DNA of 61,281 bases from Halobacteriales archaeon QH_2_65_14 (GTDB lineage: Archaea; Halobacteriota; Halobacteria; Halobacteriales; Haloarculaceae). A model generated the notes under the pieces. That model worked only from the letters and a program-made list of their open reading frames with translations, was not told the origin of the DNA and made no database searches. Below are positions 8,698-25,121 of this stretch, in pieces. Location: the NCBI GenBank assembly GCA_003021285.1, contig PXQO01000025.1, forward strand, positions 5,138 to 66,418, given 5' to 3'. The translations under genes and the position numbers were made by a program. How positions within the stretch are numbered: position 1 is the first letter of the stretch; every line of letters starts with the position of its first letter.

Positions 8698-9881
8698 CTG
8701 CCTGGTTCACCCTCCGAAACGACCGGGCAGTTGACGTTCGCTGCACCGTTTTCGAGGATGTTCGCGTCCAGCGCGGAGTCGAGGTCCGAGACGTCGTCGA
8801 AGTCGGCGTTGTCGTAGATGTTGACCATCCACAGCGGCGAGTAGCCGTCGTCACCCGGCACCGTTGCGACCACGTTGTGTGTCTGGTCGCTCCCCTCCCC
8901 GGTCATGAAGCCGGACGGCGGACCGCCGCCCCCCTCTCCGGGGTTCGTGTTGAACGTGACGTAGATCGGCGAGGTCGGGACGCTGCCGTCGCTCGTCGCC
9001 TCCAGCGGGTGCTCCTCGAACAGGAAGTAGCTCACGACCTGCCCGTCGTACCACCCCTCCACGAGCCCGGTATCCTCGTCGCCGTGGCGCTTTTCGGCCG
9101 TCGAGCCGTCGGGGACGACCGGACAGTTCTTGATGGTGCCGGTCGGTTCGATGTCGTAGTCCATCTCGTTCAGGTCGGCGACGCTGGTGTTCGTGTTGGC
9201 CTCGTAGTTGTCGGGCACCGTCACCCTGTGGACGTGCCAGAAGTCGTTGTAGCCGTCGTCACCCGGGATCACGTCGATGATGTTGAGCTGGTCCTCGACC
9301 GGGTCGCCGTTCTCGTAGAACAGCGCGTAGATGGGTGCCGGGTCGACCGGCTGGACGTCGAAGTTGTAGTACTCCACGACGTTACCGTCGGGACCGTATC
9401 CCTGCGTGATGAACAGCCCATGATCGAAATCGATCCGCTCGTCGGGACCGGGCAGGTCGTTCTCCTCGCTCCGTACCATCAGCGTCCCTGCCTCCTCGCT
9501 GAACCGGTCGACCGACGCCCGGGGTGCCTCCTCCGGGTCCATCGGACTCATACTCATGTCGTCGTCCATCTCGTCATCGTCCATCTCGTCGTCGTCCATG
9601 TTTTCGTCGCCCATAGACCCTTCATCGTCCATGTTTTCGTCGCCCATGGACCCTTCGTCGTCCATGTTTTCGTCGCCCATGGACCCTTCGTCGTCCATAT
9701 TTTCGTCGTCCATGGACCCTTCGTCGTCCATATTTTCGTCGTCCATGGACCCTTCGTCGTCCATGTTTTCGTCGTTCGTCTCGTCGTCATCACCGTCGCC
9801 GACACAGCCCGCCAGTGCAAGAGCCGTCGTCCCACCGGCTACCTGCAGAAACCGCCGTCGGGTCGAATCATTCTCCGTCAT
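8694..9881 (-). CDS. Tat-exported lipoprotein with a Met/Asp-rich tandem repeat and two internally repeated domains
   Basis: STRRRFLQ Tat motif and LAGC lipobox; PGDDGY(N/S)xxW motif occurs twice; stop overlaps the oxidoreductase start. Confidence 0.85.
   Translation of the reverse strand: MTENDSTRRRFLQVAGGTTALALAGCVGDGDDDETNDENMDDEGSMDDENMDDEGSMDDENMDDEGSMGDENMDDEGSMGDENMDDEGSMGDENMDDDEMDDDEMDDDMSMSPMDPEEAPRASVDRFSEEAGTLMVRSEENDLPGPDERIDFDHGLFITQGYGPDGNVVEYYNFDVQPVDPAPIYALFYENGDPVEDQLNIIDVIPGDDGYNDFWHVHRVTVPDNYEANTNTSVADLNEMDYDIEPTGTIKNCPVVPDGSTAEKRHGDEDTGLVEGWYDGQVVSYFLFEEHPLEATSDGSVPTSPIYVTFNTNPGEGGGGPPSGFMTGEGSDQTHNVVATVPGDDGYSPLWMVNIYDNADFDDVSDLDSALDANILENGAANVNCPVVSEGEPGR
9556..9774 (-). 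repeat. coding tandem repeat, 33-bp unit (MDDEGSM[D/G]DEN) x5 plus shorter MDDDE units
   Basis: Visible directly in DNA and protein. Confidence 0.9.
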
Positions 9882-10150
9882 AGCAACTGAACGGTCACTC
9901 TACCACCTAAAGGGATTTTTTCAAATTCGGCACAAATTCCGTTCCCATTCCGTGCATATTCTATTGAAAATTCAGTCGTGTTCGGCCGGCGCTCGCCGCG
10001 CTCGGAGCGTTCTCGGAACCGCTCGTTTGCGGGCACCGGGAGCAACACTGGACGTGTGGGTGTCTCCCACGGATTTCACGGAATGCAGGTGTGTTTCGTC
10101 GTCTCAAAACACTACCCTTTTGACTCTCCTGCCGGTAAGCGAGGATAATA

Positions 10151-12340
10151 ATGGGCCGAAGAAAGAAAATCGTACAGGAATGTGAGGCGCTGATGGATCA
10201 ACCGGAGAACATCCGGAATATCGCGATTGCCGCCCACGTCGACCACGGGAAGACGACGCTAACGGACAACCTGCTCGCCGGCGCGGGCATGATCTCCGAG
10301 GAGACCGCTGGCCAGCAGCTGGCGATGGACACGGAGGAAGACGAACAGGAGCGCGGTATCACCATCGACGCCGCGAACGTCTCGATGACCCACGAGTACG
10401 AGGGAGCGAACCACCTCATCAACCTCATCGACACGCCGGGACACGTCGACTTCGGCGGTGACGTGACCCGCGCGATGCGCGCCGTCGACGGCGCGCTCGT
10501 GGTGGTCGACGCCGTCGAGGGCGCGATGCCCCAGACCGAGACGGTGCTGCGGCAGGCGCTGCGCGAGGGCGTCAAGCCCACGCTATTCATCAACAAGGTC
10601 GACCGCCTCATCTCGGAGCTCCAGGAGGGGCCCGAGGAGATGCAGGAACGCATGACGACGGTCATCCGCGACGTCAACGACCTCATCCGCGGGATGACCG
10701 AGGAGATGGAGGACATCGACGAGGACTGGACCGTCTCCGTCGAGGAGGGAACCGTCGGCTTCGGGTCGGCGCTGTACAAGTGGGGTGTCTCGCTGCCGTC
10801 GATGCAGCGCACCGGGATGGACTTCGGGGACATCATCGAACTCGAACGCGCGGACAAGCGCCAGGAACTCCACGAGCGGACGCCGCTGTCCGATGTCGTC
10901 CTGGACATGGTCTGTGAGCACTTCCCCAACCCCCTGGGGGCCCAGCCTCGCCGCATCCCGCGCATCTGGCGTGGCGACGACACCAGCGACGTCGCCGCAC
11001 AGATGCGTGAGGTCGACCCCGACGGGGACGTCGTCTTCATGGTCACCGACATCGGGATGGACCCCCACGCCGGCGAGATTGCGACCGGCCGCGTCTTCTC
11101 GGGCACGCTCGAGAAGGGCCAGGAGCTGTACGTCTCCGGAACGGCCGGAAAGAGCCGCATCCAGAGCGTCGGCATCTTCATGGGCGGTGAACGCGAAGAA
11201 GTCGAGAAGGTCCCTGCGGGCAACGTCGCAGCAGTGACGGGACTCGGTGACGCCATCGCCGGCTCGACGGTCTCCAGCGTCGAGATGACGCCGTTCGAGT
11301 CCATCGAGCACATCTCCGAACCCGTCATCACGAAGTCCGTCGAGGCACAGAACATGGACGACCTGCCCAAACTCATCGAGACGCTCCAGCAGGTCGCCAA
11401 GGAGGACCCCACCATCGAAATCGAGATCAACGAGGACACCGGCGAACACCTCATCCGGGGCCAGGGCGAACTCCACCTCGAAGTCGTCACCCAGCGCATC
11501 GAGCGCGACCAGGGCATCCCGGTCCGGACCGGGGAACCGATTGTCGTCTTCCGCGAGGCCCCCCAGGGGGCGAGCCGCGAGGTCGAGGGCATCTCGCCCA
11601 ACCGGCACAACCGGTTCTACATGACAATCGAGACGCTCGACGATGACATCGTCGATGCACTCAAGCAGGGCAAGGCGTCGATGGACATGCCCGAACTGGA
11701 ACGCCGCGAGGCGCTCCAGGAGGCCGGCCTCGACAAGGACACCTCCCAGAACGTCGAACACATCCACGGTGCCAACATCATCATCGACGACACGAAGGGC
11801 ATCCAGCACCTCAACGAGACGATGGAGCTCGTCCTCGAAGGCTTCGCGGAGGCGCTCAACGACGGCCCCCTCGCCGCCGAACCCGTCGAGGGTGCGCTCA
11901 TCCGTCTCGTCGACGCCCGACTCCACGAGGACGCCATCCACCGCGGTCCGGCACAGGTCATCCCCGCGGTCCGCCAGTCGCTGCACAACGCGCTCATCGA
12001 CGCCAACATCAAGCTGCTCGAACCCATCCAGGAGGTCCGCATCGACGTGCCCAACGACCACATGGGTGCCGCAAGCGGCGAGATTCAGGGCCGCCGTGGT
12101 CGCGTCGACGACATGTACCAGGAGGGCGACCTGATGGTCGTCGAGGGCGTCGCGCCCGTCGAGGAGATGATCGGCTTCTCCTCGGACATCCGTTCGGCCA
12201 CGGAGGGTCGTGCCAGCTGGAACACCGAGAACGCCGGCTTCCAGGTCATGGCCGACAACCTCCAGCGCGAGACGATCATGGCGATCCGCGAGCGCAAGGG
12301 CATGAAGCTCGAACTGCCCGACGCCGTCGATTACTTCTAG
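10151..12340 (+). CDS. fusA: archaeal elongation factor 2
   Basis: [21 protein letters not shown]; diphthamide loop [12 protein letters not shown]; 729 aa. Confidence 0.98.
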   Translation: MGRRKKIVQECEALMDQPENIRNIAIAAHVDHGKTTLTDNLLAGAGMISEETAGQQLAMDTEEDEQERGITIDAANVSMTHEYEGANHLINLIDTPGHVDFGGDVTRAMRAVDGALVVVDAVEGAMPQTETVLRQALREGVKPTLFINKVDRLISELQEGPEEMQERMTTVIRDVNDLIRGMTEEMEDIDEDWTVSVEEGTVGFGSALYKWGVSLPSMQRTGMDFGDIIELERADKRQELHERTPLSDVVLDMVCEHFPNPLGAQPRRIPRIWRGDDTSDVAAQMREVDPDGDVVFMVTDIGMDPHAGEIATGRVFSGTLEKGQELYVSGTAGKSRIQSVGIFMGGEREEVEKVPAGNVAAVTGLGDAIAGSTVSSVEMTPFESIEHISEPVITKSVEAQNMDDLPKLIETLQQVAKEDPTIEIEINEDTGEHLIRGQGELHLEVVTQRIERDQGIPVRTGEPIVVFREAPQGASREVEGISPNRHNRFYMTIETLDDDIVDALKQGKASMDMPELERREALQEAGLDKDTSQNVEHIHGANIIIDDTKGIQHLNETMELVLEGFAEALNDGPLAAEPVEGALIRLVDARLHEDAIHRGPAQVIPAVRQSLHNALIDANIKLLEPIQEVRIDVPNDHMGAASGEIQGRRGRVDDMYQEGDLMVVEGVAPVEEMIGFSSDIRSATEGRASWNTENAGFQVMADNLQRETIMAIRERKGMKLELPDAVDYF

Positions 12341-12485
12341 CCTCTTTTTACTCTCTCGGGTTTCCTCGGGCCGCGGAGCGGCCCTGCGGGAACCGCTCGG
12401 TCGCAAAAACTAGGGGAAAAACTACCTCGACTCTCAGTTCGCTCGAGTCGAGTGAACCGCGCTCGTTCCACTCGCGCGGATGCTT
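12341..12485. repeat. haloarchaeal intergenic palindromic repeat (PATE-like) after the fusA T-tract
   Basis: Nested hairpins (GGGCCGC-GGA-GCGGCCC, CTCGACTC...GAGTCGAG, CCGCGC...GCGCGG); resembles dispersed haloarchaeal palindromic elements. Confidence 0.55.
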
Positions 12486-12525
12486 GCTGGTGAAACACTT
12501 CTGGAAGCGAGGGCAGCTTTTCCGA

Positions 12526-12780
12526 TCACTCCTCGAAACCCACGCGGGGAACGAACGGGCCGAAATCGGCCGTCCGGCTCGCTATCGACGCGATGTGGAA
12601 CGTGTAGACCAGCAGGACGACGAACGGGAGAAAGACGAGCGTCACGACGGTACTCACGACGAGGACCAGTACGTTCGGATCGCCGACGGCGTCGAGTATC
12701 GGTCCGTAGGACATCATGAAGATGCCGCCGCCCAGCAGCGTCGGGAAGCCGACGTACAGGAGCACCGTCTGCGAGGTTTT
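12526..12780 (-). pseudogene. C-terminal remnant of a haloarchaeal membrane protein
   Basis: Two TM helices ending ...IASRTADFGPF; no ATG and no N-terminal part. Confidence 0.4.
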
Positions 12781-12966
12781 TTATCCGAAAGCGTGACCAG
12801 CGACTCTGTGCACTGAGAAACGACCACGGAGCGAGACGCGGTCGTGTGACACACCGCTTCGTGACCATCTGTCCGTCAGATACCGGACAACCGTGTCACC
12901 TGTTTGCCTTCACACCTGCCTATCCAGGCCGGTTCGATATCACTGCGCAGGTCGGACGATGCGGCG

Positions 12967-13327
12967 TCACTGCTGGTCTGCCCGCCGGAGCGCCTTACGG
13001 GGATAGGTCGACTGTGCCGTCTCGACGGCGGTAGGGTCGATTTCGGTCGTGGCGTAGGGATGGTCAGCATCCGTCCGCGCGAGGACGGTTCCGTCGGGGC
13101 TGGTGACCCACCCATCGCCACCGAACGACACCCTCTCCGTCTTCCCCGACCGGTTGGACGATGCGAGATAGGTTCCCGAGAGCACGCTCATCGTCCGTGT
13201 CCCTGCGAGCCACTTGTCGAGCGTTCGCTGCTCGGTCACCCGCGGGTTGACGAGCAGGTCGGCACCAACACGACCGTAGGCTCGCACCTCGTGGCTCGCC
13301 CAGGTCGGTGCAGACGAGGAAGCCGAC
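12967..13327 (-). pseudogene. carbon-nitrogen hydrolase (nitrilase superfamily) remnant, 5'-truncated and frameshifted
   Basis: VGFLVCTDL (catalytic Cys motif) in one frame, followed in another by WASHEVRAYG...SSNRSG...GWVTSPDGTVLA...STYPR. The N-terminal Glu/Lys half is absent. Confidence 0.7.
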
Positions 13328-13332
13328 GCAAC

Positions 13333-13539
13333 TCAGGCCTCGACGTCGTAGCCGGCGTCTTCGATGGCCGCTGTGATGTCGTCGGTCGAGACGTCGTCGT
13401 CGGCGACGACCTCCACGGTTTCGGTCTCGTGATCCGCCTCGACGCGGGAGACTCCCGAGAGGGTCGTGAGGCTGTTTTCGACGTTGCTCTCGCAGCCGCC
13501 ACAGGACATGCCAGTGACGCGGAACGATTTCCGGTCCAT
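13333..13539 (-). CDS. copZ: heavy-metal-associated (HMA) copper chaperone
   Basis: GMSCGGC motif and AIEDAGY C-terminus; 68 aa. Confidence 0.9.
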   Translation of the reverse strand: MDRKSFRVTGMSCGGCESNVENSLTTLSGVSRVEADHETETVEVVADDDVSTDDITAAIEDAGYDVEA

Positions 13540-13588
13540 ATTCGGGTGCACGCGCTACGTCGTCAAGTTGGTTGCGGCTTCCGTCAGT

Positions 13589-16111
13589 TCACTTGCTTGC
13601 GTCGCCCGGCACGACGGTCACGCTCGCCACGCGGTCGTCGCCCTCGACCTCCATGACGATGACGCCTTTCGTGTTCCGGCCGACGGTCGAGATTTCGGCG
13701 ACGGGACACCGCATGATCTGTCCCGCTTCGCTCATCACGACGATGTGGTCGTTCTCTTCGACGGCTTTCACCGTCGTCACGCGACCGTTGCGGTCGTCGG
13801 TCTTGATGTCGACCAGGCCTTTCCCGTAGCGGGACTGTGGCCGGTACTCCGAGAGGGGGGTGCGCTTGCCGTAGCCGTTCTTGGTGACGGTCAGCAGGGC
13901 GCGCCCGTCGTCGTCGTCGGTCGAGACCATGCCCGCGACCGCGTCGCCGGCTTCGAGGTCGATCCCCCGGACGCCGCGGGCCGACCGCCCCATCTCGCGG
14001 ACCTCGTCCTCGTCGAAGCGGATGGTCATCCCCCCCTCGGTCGCGATGACGAGGTCGCCGGTCCCGTCGGTCACCTCGACGTCGACGAGTTCGTCGCCCT
14101 CGTCGAGTTTCGCGGCGATGATACCCGTCGAGAGGATGTTGTCGAACTCCGTGACGCAGGTCCGCTTGACGTAGCCGCGCCGCGTCACCATCGTGATGCA
14201 CTCGTCCTCGTCGAACTCGTCGGTGTTGACGACGGCCGTGATCTCCTCGCCGTCGTCCAGGTCGATGAGGTTGATTGCCGACTTGCCCCGCGCCGTCCTT
14301 GACATCTCCGGGATTTCGTAGGTCTTCAGCCGGTAGACCTGGCCCTGATTGGTGAAACAACAGAGGTAGTCGTGACTGTTCGCCCGGAAGACCTTCGAGA
14401 CGCGGTCGCCCTCCTTGGGGTCCGAACCGATGATGCCCTTCCCGCCCCGGCGTTGCGGGTCGAACTCGGCGGCGGGCATGCGCTTGATGTAGTCCTGCTC
14501 GGTGATGACGACCAGGTTGTCCTCCTCGGGGATGAGGTCCTCGTGTGTGACCTCGCCCTCGTCCTCCAGGATGGCGGTCCTGCGGTCGTCGCCGTACTTC
14601 TCGCGGAGTTCCCGGAGTTCGTCTTTGATCACGCCGAGAAGCTTCTCCTCGGACGCGAGCACGCTTTCGAGGTACTCGATTTCGGCCTGGATTTCCTCGT
14701 ATTCCTCCTCGATTTCGCCGGCCTCCATCGACGTGAGCGAGCCGATCTGCATCCGGAGGATGTGCTCGGCCTGCTCCTCGGAGAAGTCGAACGACGATTG
14801 CACCTCGGGGTAGTCGAGGTCAACGTCCAGGGTCCGGGGGTCGACGTTCCCCTCCAGAACCTCCTGGGCCTGCTCGCGGTCCGCGGACTCGGTGACGAGG
14901 TTCACGATTGCCTCGGCCTTGTCGACCGCCTCAAGCCGGCCTTCGAGGATGTGTGCGCGGTCTTTCGCCTCGTCGAGGTCGTGTTTCGAGCGCCGGCGGA
15001 CAACCTCCTTGCGGTGCTCGACGTAGTGGTCGAGCGTCTCCGCGAGCGTCAGCACGCGGGGCTGACCGTCGACCAGGGCGAGGTTGATGACGCCGAACGT
15101 GGATTCGAGGTGGTGCTCCAGGAGCTGGTTCTCGACGACGTCGGCGTTCGCGCCCCGCTTGAGGTCGATGACGATTCGCACCCCCTCGCGGTCGGACTCG
15201 TCGCGCAGGTCCGAGACGCCCTCGATGACGCCCTCGTTGACGTCCTCGGCGATGCGCTCGACGACGCGGGCCTTGTTCTCCTGGTAGGGCAGTTCCCGGA
15301 CGACGATCCGGTCCGCGCCCGACTCCGACCGCTCGACCTCGTACTCGGCGCGCATCCTGATGCGACCGCGGCCGGTCGCGTACGCCGAGTAGATGGCGTC
15401 CTTGCCGACGATGCTCGCGCCGGTCGGGAAGTCCGGCCCTTTGATGTGCTCCATCAGCTCCTCGACGTCGCAGTCGGGGTTGTCGATGCGGTGGGTCGTC
15501 GCGTCGACCACCTCGCGGAGATTGTGGGGCGGGATGTTCGTCGACATCCCGACGGCGATGCCCGAGGAGCCGTTGAGAAGCAAGTTGGGAAGCTTGGCGG
15601 GCAACACCTCGGGTTCGGTCAGGCGGTCGTCGTAGTTCGACTGGAAGTCGACCGTGTCCCTCTCGATGTCCGAAAGCAGCTCCTCGGCGATGGGTGCCAT
15701 CCGGGCCTCGGTGTAACGCATCGCCGCGGGCGGGTCGCCGTCCATCGAGCCGAAGTTGCCCTGCCCGTCCACGAGCGGGTACCGCAGCGAGAACTCCTGT
15801 GCCATCCGCACGAGGGTGTTGTAGATGGGCTGGTCGCCGTGTGGGTGGTAATCGCCCATCGTCTCGCCCACGATGGACGAACACTTCCGGTGACTCGCCC
15901 CCGACGTGATGCCCATCTCGTGCATGGCATAGAGCACGCGCCGGTGGACGGGTTTGAGCCCGTCCCTGACGTCGGGTAGCGCCCGACCCGCGATGACGCT
16001 CATCGCGTAGTCGATGTAGCTCTGCTCCATCTCGTCCTCGACGCGAACGTGCTCGACGTTCGCCGCCGGTGCCTCCATGTCGTCCGGTTGGTTGGGTAGG
16101 TCTGAACTCAT
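13589..16111 (-). CDS. gyrA: DNA gyrase subunit A
   Basis: [26 protein letters not shown] (catalytic Tyr), GyrA box QRRGGKG, beta-pinwheel repeats. Confidence 0.97.
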   Translation of the reverse strand: MSSDLPNQPDDMEAPAANVEHVRVEDEMEQSYIDYAMSVIAGRALPDVRDGLKPVHRRVLYAMHEMGITSGASHRKCSSIVGETMGDYHPHGDQPIYNTLVRMAQEFSLRYPLVDGQGNFGSMDGDPPAAMRYTEARMAPIAEELLSDIERDTVDFQSNYDDRLTEPEVLPAKLPNLLLNGSSGIAVGMSTNIPPHNLREVVDATTHRIDNPDCDVEELMEHIKGPDFPTGASIVGKDAIYSAYATGRGRIRMRAEYEVERSESGADRIVVRELPYQENKARVVERIAEDVNEGVIEGVSDLRDESDREGVRIVIDLKRGANADVVENQLLEHHLESTFGVINLALVDGQPRVLTLAETLDHYVEHRKEVVRRRSKHDLDEAKDRAHILEGRLEAVDKAEAIVNLVTESADREQAQEVLEGNVDPRTLDVDLDYPEVQSSFDFSEEQAEHILRMQIGSLTSMEAGEIEEEYEEIQAEIEYLESVLASEEKLLGVIKDELRELREKYGDDRRTAILEDEGEVTHEDLIPEEDNLVVITEQDYIKRMPAAEFDPQRRGGKGIIGSDPKEGDRVSKVFRANSHDYLCCFTNQGQVYRLKTYEIPEMSRTARGKSAINLIDLDDGEEITAVVNTDEFDEDECITMVTRRGYVKRTCVTEFDNILSTGIIAAKLDEGDELVDVEVTDGTGDLVIATEGGMTIRFDEDEVREMGRSARGVRGIDLEAGDAVAGMVSTDDDDGRALLTVTKNGYGKRTPLSEYRPQSRYGKGLVDIKTDDRNGRVTTVKAVEENDHIVVMSEAGQIMRCPVAEISTVGRNTKGVIVMEVEGDDRVASVTVVPGDASK

Positions 16112-16118
16112 ACTTTCC

Positions 16119-19879
<3,761 letters not shown>

Positions 19880-19939
19880 TCACTTTCACCGTGATTGCGT
19901 ACAACATTTAAAGACGGGGCTGATACGTTGAGCCACAGA

Positions 19940-22900
19940 ATGACATCCTACCAGTCGCGGCTCGGCGACCAGGAGGGTATCGCCGAGGAGCTGGCCGAGG
20001 GGCAGCGGGCCATCTCCATCGCCGAGTTCTTCGAGAAGAACAAGCACATGCTCGGCTTCGACTCGGGCGCTCGGGGGCTCGTCACTGCCGTCAAGGAGGG
20101 CGTGGACAACAGCCTCGACGCGTGCGAGGAAGCGGACATCCTCCCGGACATCTACGTGGAAATCCAGGAGGACGGGGACTACTACCGGGTGGTCATCGAG
20201 GACAACGGGCCGGGCATCACGAAAGAGCAGATACCGAAGATTTTCGGCAAGTTGCTGTACGGGAGCCGGTTCCACAAGCGGGAACAATCACTGACACCGG
20301 ACCAGGAACTACTCGTCCGACGAGATGGGAAAGTCGAGTCACTCCCGATTGGCGTCCTGTGTGACGCGTATCTGCCCGTGAGTGGGGAATCTACACGTCC
20401 GATCCCGGACGACATCGAAGTCCCCTCGTTTAATCGCGAGACGAAAGAGATGTCGTGGCAGTCCGTCACCCACGCGATACGCCACGAGACGGACGAACGA
20501 ACGTACGAAATAACGACCGAGAAGGGCAGAACTGTCGAGGTAACAGGAAATCACAGTGTATTCACGGTGACCAAAGACGGGGAGACCGAGGAAGTGAAAG
20601 CCGGGGAACTCCAACCGGGTGATACGATACTCGCTCCACGACGACTGCCATCGTTCGAGGAGACAGTACAGCAAGTGAATCTACTTGACTACCTCACTCC
20701 CGAACAACTGGAAGACCGCCGTATCTACGTGTACGGCTTCGACCGGACGACGCTGGAAGAATTGAAAAACGGCGACAAAATCCGGAAGAAACCGTCGGAA
20801 GACAGCGCCCGAGAACGGACGCACTACCGATACGACGGCGTCGACATTCCGAAAGACAGCCTGGAGACGAACTACCTCCAGAAAGGCTACCTCCCGGCCG
20901 AGATAGTACTCGAACTGGGCTGGGAGGAGAAAGCCGCTCGACAGGATTGCACATTCAAGACGTACCAGGTAGGCGGGCAAGAAACGGAAATTCCAGTTTC
21001 GCTTCCCGTTTCGAAGGATTTGATGCAACTTCTCGGATACTACGTCACAGAGGACCACGTCGGGCCACGCCAGGTCGGGCTGACGTTCGGCTCACACGGG
21101 AGGGAACTGAGCGAAACGACCCTCGCCGGAATCGGCGGGGAGACGACGACTGTCGAACGTGAACGCAACTCGACTCGCGTGAAGGCGTTCGATTCCCCGC
21201 TGGCGCTATGTCTAAAAAATGTGTGTGGAACGCATGCAGACACAAAGCGTATCCCGGATTTCGTGTTTCGAGCGGACCCGAAACGACAAAAGCAGTTTCT
21301 TGTGGCTCTCTACCGCGGTGACGGTTCTGATTCACATCCGAGCAACGAACTCTCTCACACGACGACGAGCGAGACGCTCGCTCGGCAACTGTCTCTCCTG
21401 TGGAACATGCAGGGAGTGGTGGCAAGCACGGAAGTCACTGACGAGCCGAATGGATATTCCGACGACCCCAGCACACGGTTTCGAACAAAAGTGTACGGCG
21501 CGGACGTGACCGTTCTTGATGCATGTGACTCGACTGTGGAAACCGGGAAGCAGGGGTACAAACGTGTCCCGACGTCGTTGTTGGCGGACGTTCGGGTCGG
21601 AACGGTTCACGCCAAAACTGTGCCCGATTCGATCCCCGGACTGTTATACGGTGCCGGTGTCGGGTCGTCGCTCGAACACGCCCAACGGTATCGGTCGGGC
21701 ATCGAATCGATTCTCGCTGACGAAGACGTCGATAAATCGTGGAAGACCCATCACCTCACGGAGATGGGTTTGCTCGACGACGAGGGACAACCGACAGAGA
21801 AGCTTCACGAACTCTGGGGAACGATACAGAATCTACACGGCCTTACCGATACCGACATGTGTCTTCTTCCGGTCGAGGAGGTCGAAGAGACCGAACAACC
21901 CGAATATGTCTACGATATTTCCGTCCCGGGTGCAACCGGGAAAGACGAGAACTTCGTCGTCGCAAACGAAGGGGCTATCTCAGTCAAAAACAGTCGCGGT
22001 CAGCAGGGTATCGGTATCTCTGCGGCGGTCCTGTACGCCCAGCTAACTTCCGGGAAGCCGGCGAAGGTCACCTCCTGTACGCCGGGGGGCAACGAGGCCC
22101 AGTATTTCGAGGTAATCGTCGACACCGACGAGAACGAACCCGAGATCAAAGTCGAGGAGACGACGACCTGGGAACGACCACACGGGACGCGCATCGAACT
22201 GGAGATGGAGGCCAACATGCGCGCCCGCCGGCAGTTGCACGACTACATCAAGCACACGGCGGTGGTCAATCCGCACACGAGAATCGAACTCAAGGAACCA
22301 AAGGCACAGTTCAAGTACGAGCGCGTCACCGACCAGCTTCCGGCCGAGACCGAGGAGATTCGCCCCCACCCCCACGGCGTCGAACTCGGGACGCTCATCA
22401 AGATGGCCGAGGCGACCGACTCCTACTCGGTCTCGGGTTTTCTCCAGGAGGAGTTCACTCGCGTCGGACAGAAGACCGCCGACGCGGTCATCGACGGGTT
22501 CCGCGACAGGCACTTCGGCCGCGAGATGGCCTGGCGGCCGCCACAGGCCCACGAGGAAGCGAGTATCCAGGAGCGCGTTCGGGAGGCCGTCGTCAACAAG
22601 GGAGCCGAGGCGACTGCCGACTTCGCCGGAGCGGTCGCCGACCGCCTGGGCGAGCGCGAGCGGGTCGCCCACCACCAGGTCGTCGAGACCGTCGACGAGG
22701 TGGGCGACGAGATTCAGGTCGAGTACGGGACGACGTTCGGCTCGACGGTCAGGGACAACGCCGTCGCGGCCGCCTGGGGGGCAGTCACCGCCGAACGCGA
22801 GTCCGACGTCTACGCGCTGGTCGACGCGGCGACGACACAGCGCAAGGACGACGCCATCGTGCAGGCGCTGGCCGAGCGCCTCGCGGCGAAGTTCGACCCC

Positions 22901-24025
22901 GGCGACCGCCACCGCGTCACCCGCGACACCCTCCGGGAGTACGTCGACCGGGCGGCGGACATGACCGAGAAGCGCGACGACGCCACGTTCGGCGACACCG
23001 CCCGCGAGAACATCGTCGAGGAACTCCGGGAGACCGCCGTCCGCGTGCCCGACGACCCGCCGCGGATCAGCGACGTCGCGGGGGACCGCGACACCGCCTC
23101 GGACCTGCTCGACGCGATGCGGTTGGCCGACATCATGTCGCCGCCGACCGGCTGTCTGGCCCCGATTACGGCGGACCTCGTCGAGGCCGGCCTCAAGAAG
23201 GAGTACGACGCCGACTTCTATGCGGCCGCGACCCGCGACGCGTCGGTTCACGGGGGCGACCCCTTCATCGTCGAGGCGGGCCTCGCCTACGGCGGCGACG
23301 TCGAGGACGACGGCAGTGCTGACGTGCTCAGGTTCGCCAATCGCGTCCCGCTGGTCTACCAGCGCGGGGCCTGCGTGACGACCGACGTGGTCAAGGACAT
23401 CAACTGGCGCAACTACGGGCTCGACCAGCCCGGCGGTCGGGGGATTCCCAACGGCCCCGCCGTCATCATGATACACGTCGCCTCGACGAACGTGCCGTTC
23501 ACGAGCGAATCCAAGGATGCCATCGCCAACGTTCCCGAAATCGAACACGAGATAGAACTCGCCATCCGGGAGGCCGCCAGGGAGCTAAAAAGCTTCCTCA
23601 AGGAGCGCCGGTCGATGCGCCAGCGCCGCGAGAAACAGAACAAGCTCGCCACCATCCTGCCGGAGATGGCCGAGAAACTCGCGCGGGTGACCGACTGCGA
23701 ACCGCTGAACATCGACAACACGATGGCGCGCATCATGAACGACGTCCTCGTCGAGCGCGAGCGCGACGACGACACGGTCCGGCTGGTCGTCGAGAACAAC
23801 GCGAACACGAACGCGACGCTCGACGTGACCGAAATCGTCACGGCCGAACCCGAAGACGTCAACGGCGCGAACGTCGTCGAGATGGACGGCGAGTGGTTCA
23901 TCAAGTGGGAACCGACCGTCAAAAGCGGCGACGAGACGGTCCTGGAGTACGCGGTCGATTCCAGCGCCGACTGTACCGTCTCCGTCGACGGCATCGACGA
24001 CGAGAAACTGACAATCGACACCTGA
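19940..24025 (+). CDS. top6B: DNA topoisomerase VI subunit B, intein-containing
   Basis: [51 protein letters not shown]; TTTAAA box about 28 bp upstream. Confidence 0.95.
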   Translation: MTSYQSRLGDQEGIAEELAEGQRAISIAEFFEKNKHMLGFDSGARGLVTAVKEGVDNSLDACEEADILPDIYVEIQEDGDYYRVVIEDNGPGITKEQIPKIFGKLLYGSRFHKREQSLTPDQELLVRRDGKVESLPIGVLCDAYLPVSGESTRPIPDDIEVPSFNRETKEMSWQSVTHAIRHETDERTYEITTEKGRTVEVTGNHSVFTVTKDGETEEVKAGELQPGDTILAPRRLPSFEETVQQVNLLDYLTPEQLEDRRIYVYGFDRTTLEELKNGDKIRKKPSEDSARERTHYRYDGVDIPKDSLETNYLQKGYLPAEIVLELGWEEKAARQDCTFKTYQVGGQETEIPVSLPVSKDLMQLLGYYVTEDHVGPRQVGLTFGSHGRELSETTLAGIGGETTTVERERNSTRVKAFDSPLALCLKNVCGTHADTKRIPDFVFRADPKRQKQFLVALYRGDGSDSHPSNELSHTTTSETLARQLSLLWNMQGVVASTEVTDEPNGYSDDPSTRFRTKVYGADVTVLDACDSTVETGKQGYKRVPTSLLADVRVGTVHAKTVPDSIPGLLYGAGVGSSLEHAQRYRSGIESILADEDVDKSWKTHHLTEMGLLDDEGQPTEKLHELWGTIQNLHGLTDTDMCLLPVEEVEETEQPEYVYDISVPGATGKDENFVVANEGAISVKNSRGQQGIGISAAVLYAQLTSGKPAKVTSCTPGGNEAQYFEVIVDTDENEPEIKVEETTTWERPHGTRIELEMEANMRARRQLHDYIKHTAVVNPHTRIELKEPKAQFKYERVTDQLPAETEEIRPHPHGVELGTLIKMAEATDSYSVSGFLQEEFTRVGQKTADAVIDGFRDRHFGREMAWRPPQAHEEASIQERVREAVVNKGAEATADFAGAVADRLGERERVAHHQVVETVDEVGDEIQVEYGTTFGSTVRDNAVAAAWGAVTAERESDVYALVDAATTQRKDDAIVQALAERLAAKFDPGDRHRVTRDTLREYVDRAADMTEKRDDATFGDTARENIVEELRETAVRVPDDPPRISDVAGDRDTASDLLDAMRLADIMSPPTGCLAPITADLVEAGLKKEYDADFYAAATRDASVHGGDPFIVEAGLAYGGDVEDDGSADVLRFANRVPLVYQRGACVTTDVVKDINWRNYGLDQPGGRGIPNGPAVIMIHVASTNVPFTSESKDAIANVPEIEHEIELAIREAARELKSFLKERRSMRQRREKQNKLATILPEMAEKLARVTDCEPLNIDNTMARIMNDVLVERERDDDTVRLVVENNANTNATLDVTEIVTAEPEDVNGANVVEMDGEWFIKWEPTVKSGDETVLEYAVDSSADCTVSVDGIDDEKLTIDT
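20288..21991 (+). mobile_element. Top6B intein (568 aa) with a probably degenerate LAGLIDADG endonuclease
   Basis: Interrupts REQ|SRGQQG; Ser1 SLTP, block [17 protein letters not shown], ends ...VKN|S. Confidence 0.92.
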
Positions 24026-24029
24026 CACA

Positions 24030-25121
24030 ATGAGTACTGACGACACACCCGACGCACGGGAACAACTGCTCGACCTTGCCGCCCAGTTTTACGACCAGTT
24101 CGCCACGGGGGACGTTCCCAGCATGGAGGTTCCGACCCGGACGAAAAGCAACATCGAGTACGACGAGGAAAAGAACGTCTGGGTGTACGGCGACCGCACC
24201 TCGACGCGCAGCGCGAAGTCCGTCAGGGGTGCCCAGAAGCTCCTCAAGGCTACCTACACCATCGATTTCCTCGCGAGACAGCTAAAGGAGGAGCGCTCGT
24301 CGACCCTGCGTGAGCTGTACTACCTCTCGGAGTCGTGGGACTTAGACGAGGCGCAGTTCTCCAGTCAGGACGAGTCCAACCAGCTCATCGAGGACCTCGA
24401 AATCGTCTCCGGGGCCACCCGCGAGGATTTCCACATGCGCCCCGAGGAGTCGGGTGCGACCGTCATGGGGCCGCTGGAACTCCGCGAGCAGACCCGGCGC
24501 GGCGAGCGCGACATCCACTGCCAGGAGGACGTCGGCGAGGGCGGCTACCAGATTCCGAACAACCCCGACACCATCGAGTTTCTGGACAACGACGCCGAGT
24601 TCGTCCTCTGTGTCGAGACCGGCGGGATGCGCGACAGGCTCGTCGAGAACGGCTTCGACGAGGAGTACGACGCGCTGGTCGTCCACCTCAAGGGCCAGCC
24701 CGCACGGGCGACCCGGCGGCTCACCAAGCGCCTCCACGACGAACTCGACCTGCCAGTCGTGGTGTTCACCGACGGCGACCCCTGGAGCTACCGCATCTAC
24801 GGCTCCGTGGCCTACGGCTCCATCAAGAGCGCCCACCTCTCGGAGTACCTCGCCACCCCCCAGGCCGACTTCGTCGGCATCCGCCCGGAGGACATCGTCG
24901 AGTACGACCTGCCGACCGACCCCCTGAGCGATTCCGACGTCAACGCCCTCGAATCGGAGCTGGAGGACCCGCGCTACCAGACCGAGTTCTGGAAAGAACA
25001 GATCGAACTCCAGCTCGACATCGAGAAGAAGTCCGAACAGCAGTCACTGGCCGCCCGCGGGCTCGATTTCGTCACCGACACCTACCTGCCCGAACGCCTC
25101 ACCGAGATGGGCGTGCTCTAG
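24030..25121 (+). CDS. top6A: DNA topoisomerase VI subunit A
   Basis: STLRELYY (catalytic Tyr), [27 protein letters not shown] motif. Confidence 0.97.
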   Translation: MSTDDTPDAREQLLDLAAQFYDQFATGDVPSMEVPTRTKSNIEYDEEKNVWVYGDRTSTRSAKSVRGAQKLLKATYTIDFLARQLKEERSSTLRELYYLSESWDLDEAQFSSQDESNQLIEDLEIVSGATREDFHMRPEESGATVMGPLELREQTRRGERDIHCQEDVGEGGYQIPNNPDTIEFLDNDAEFVLCVETGGMRDRLVENGFDEEYDALVVHLKGQPARATRRLTKRLHDELDLPVVVFTDGDPWSYRIYGSVAYGSIKSAHLSEYLATPQADFVGIRPEDIVEYDLPTDPLSDSDVNALESELEDPRYQTEFWKEQIELQLDIEKKSEQQSLAARGLDFVTDTYLPERLTEMGVL

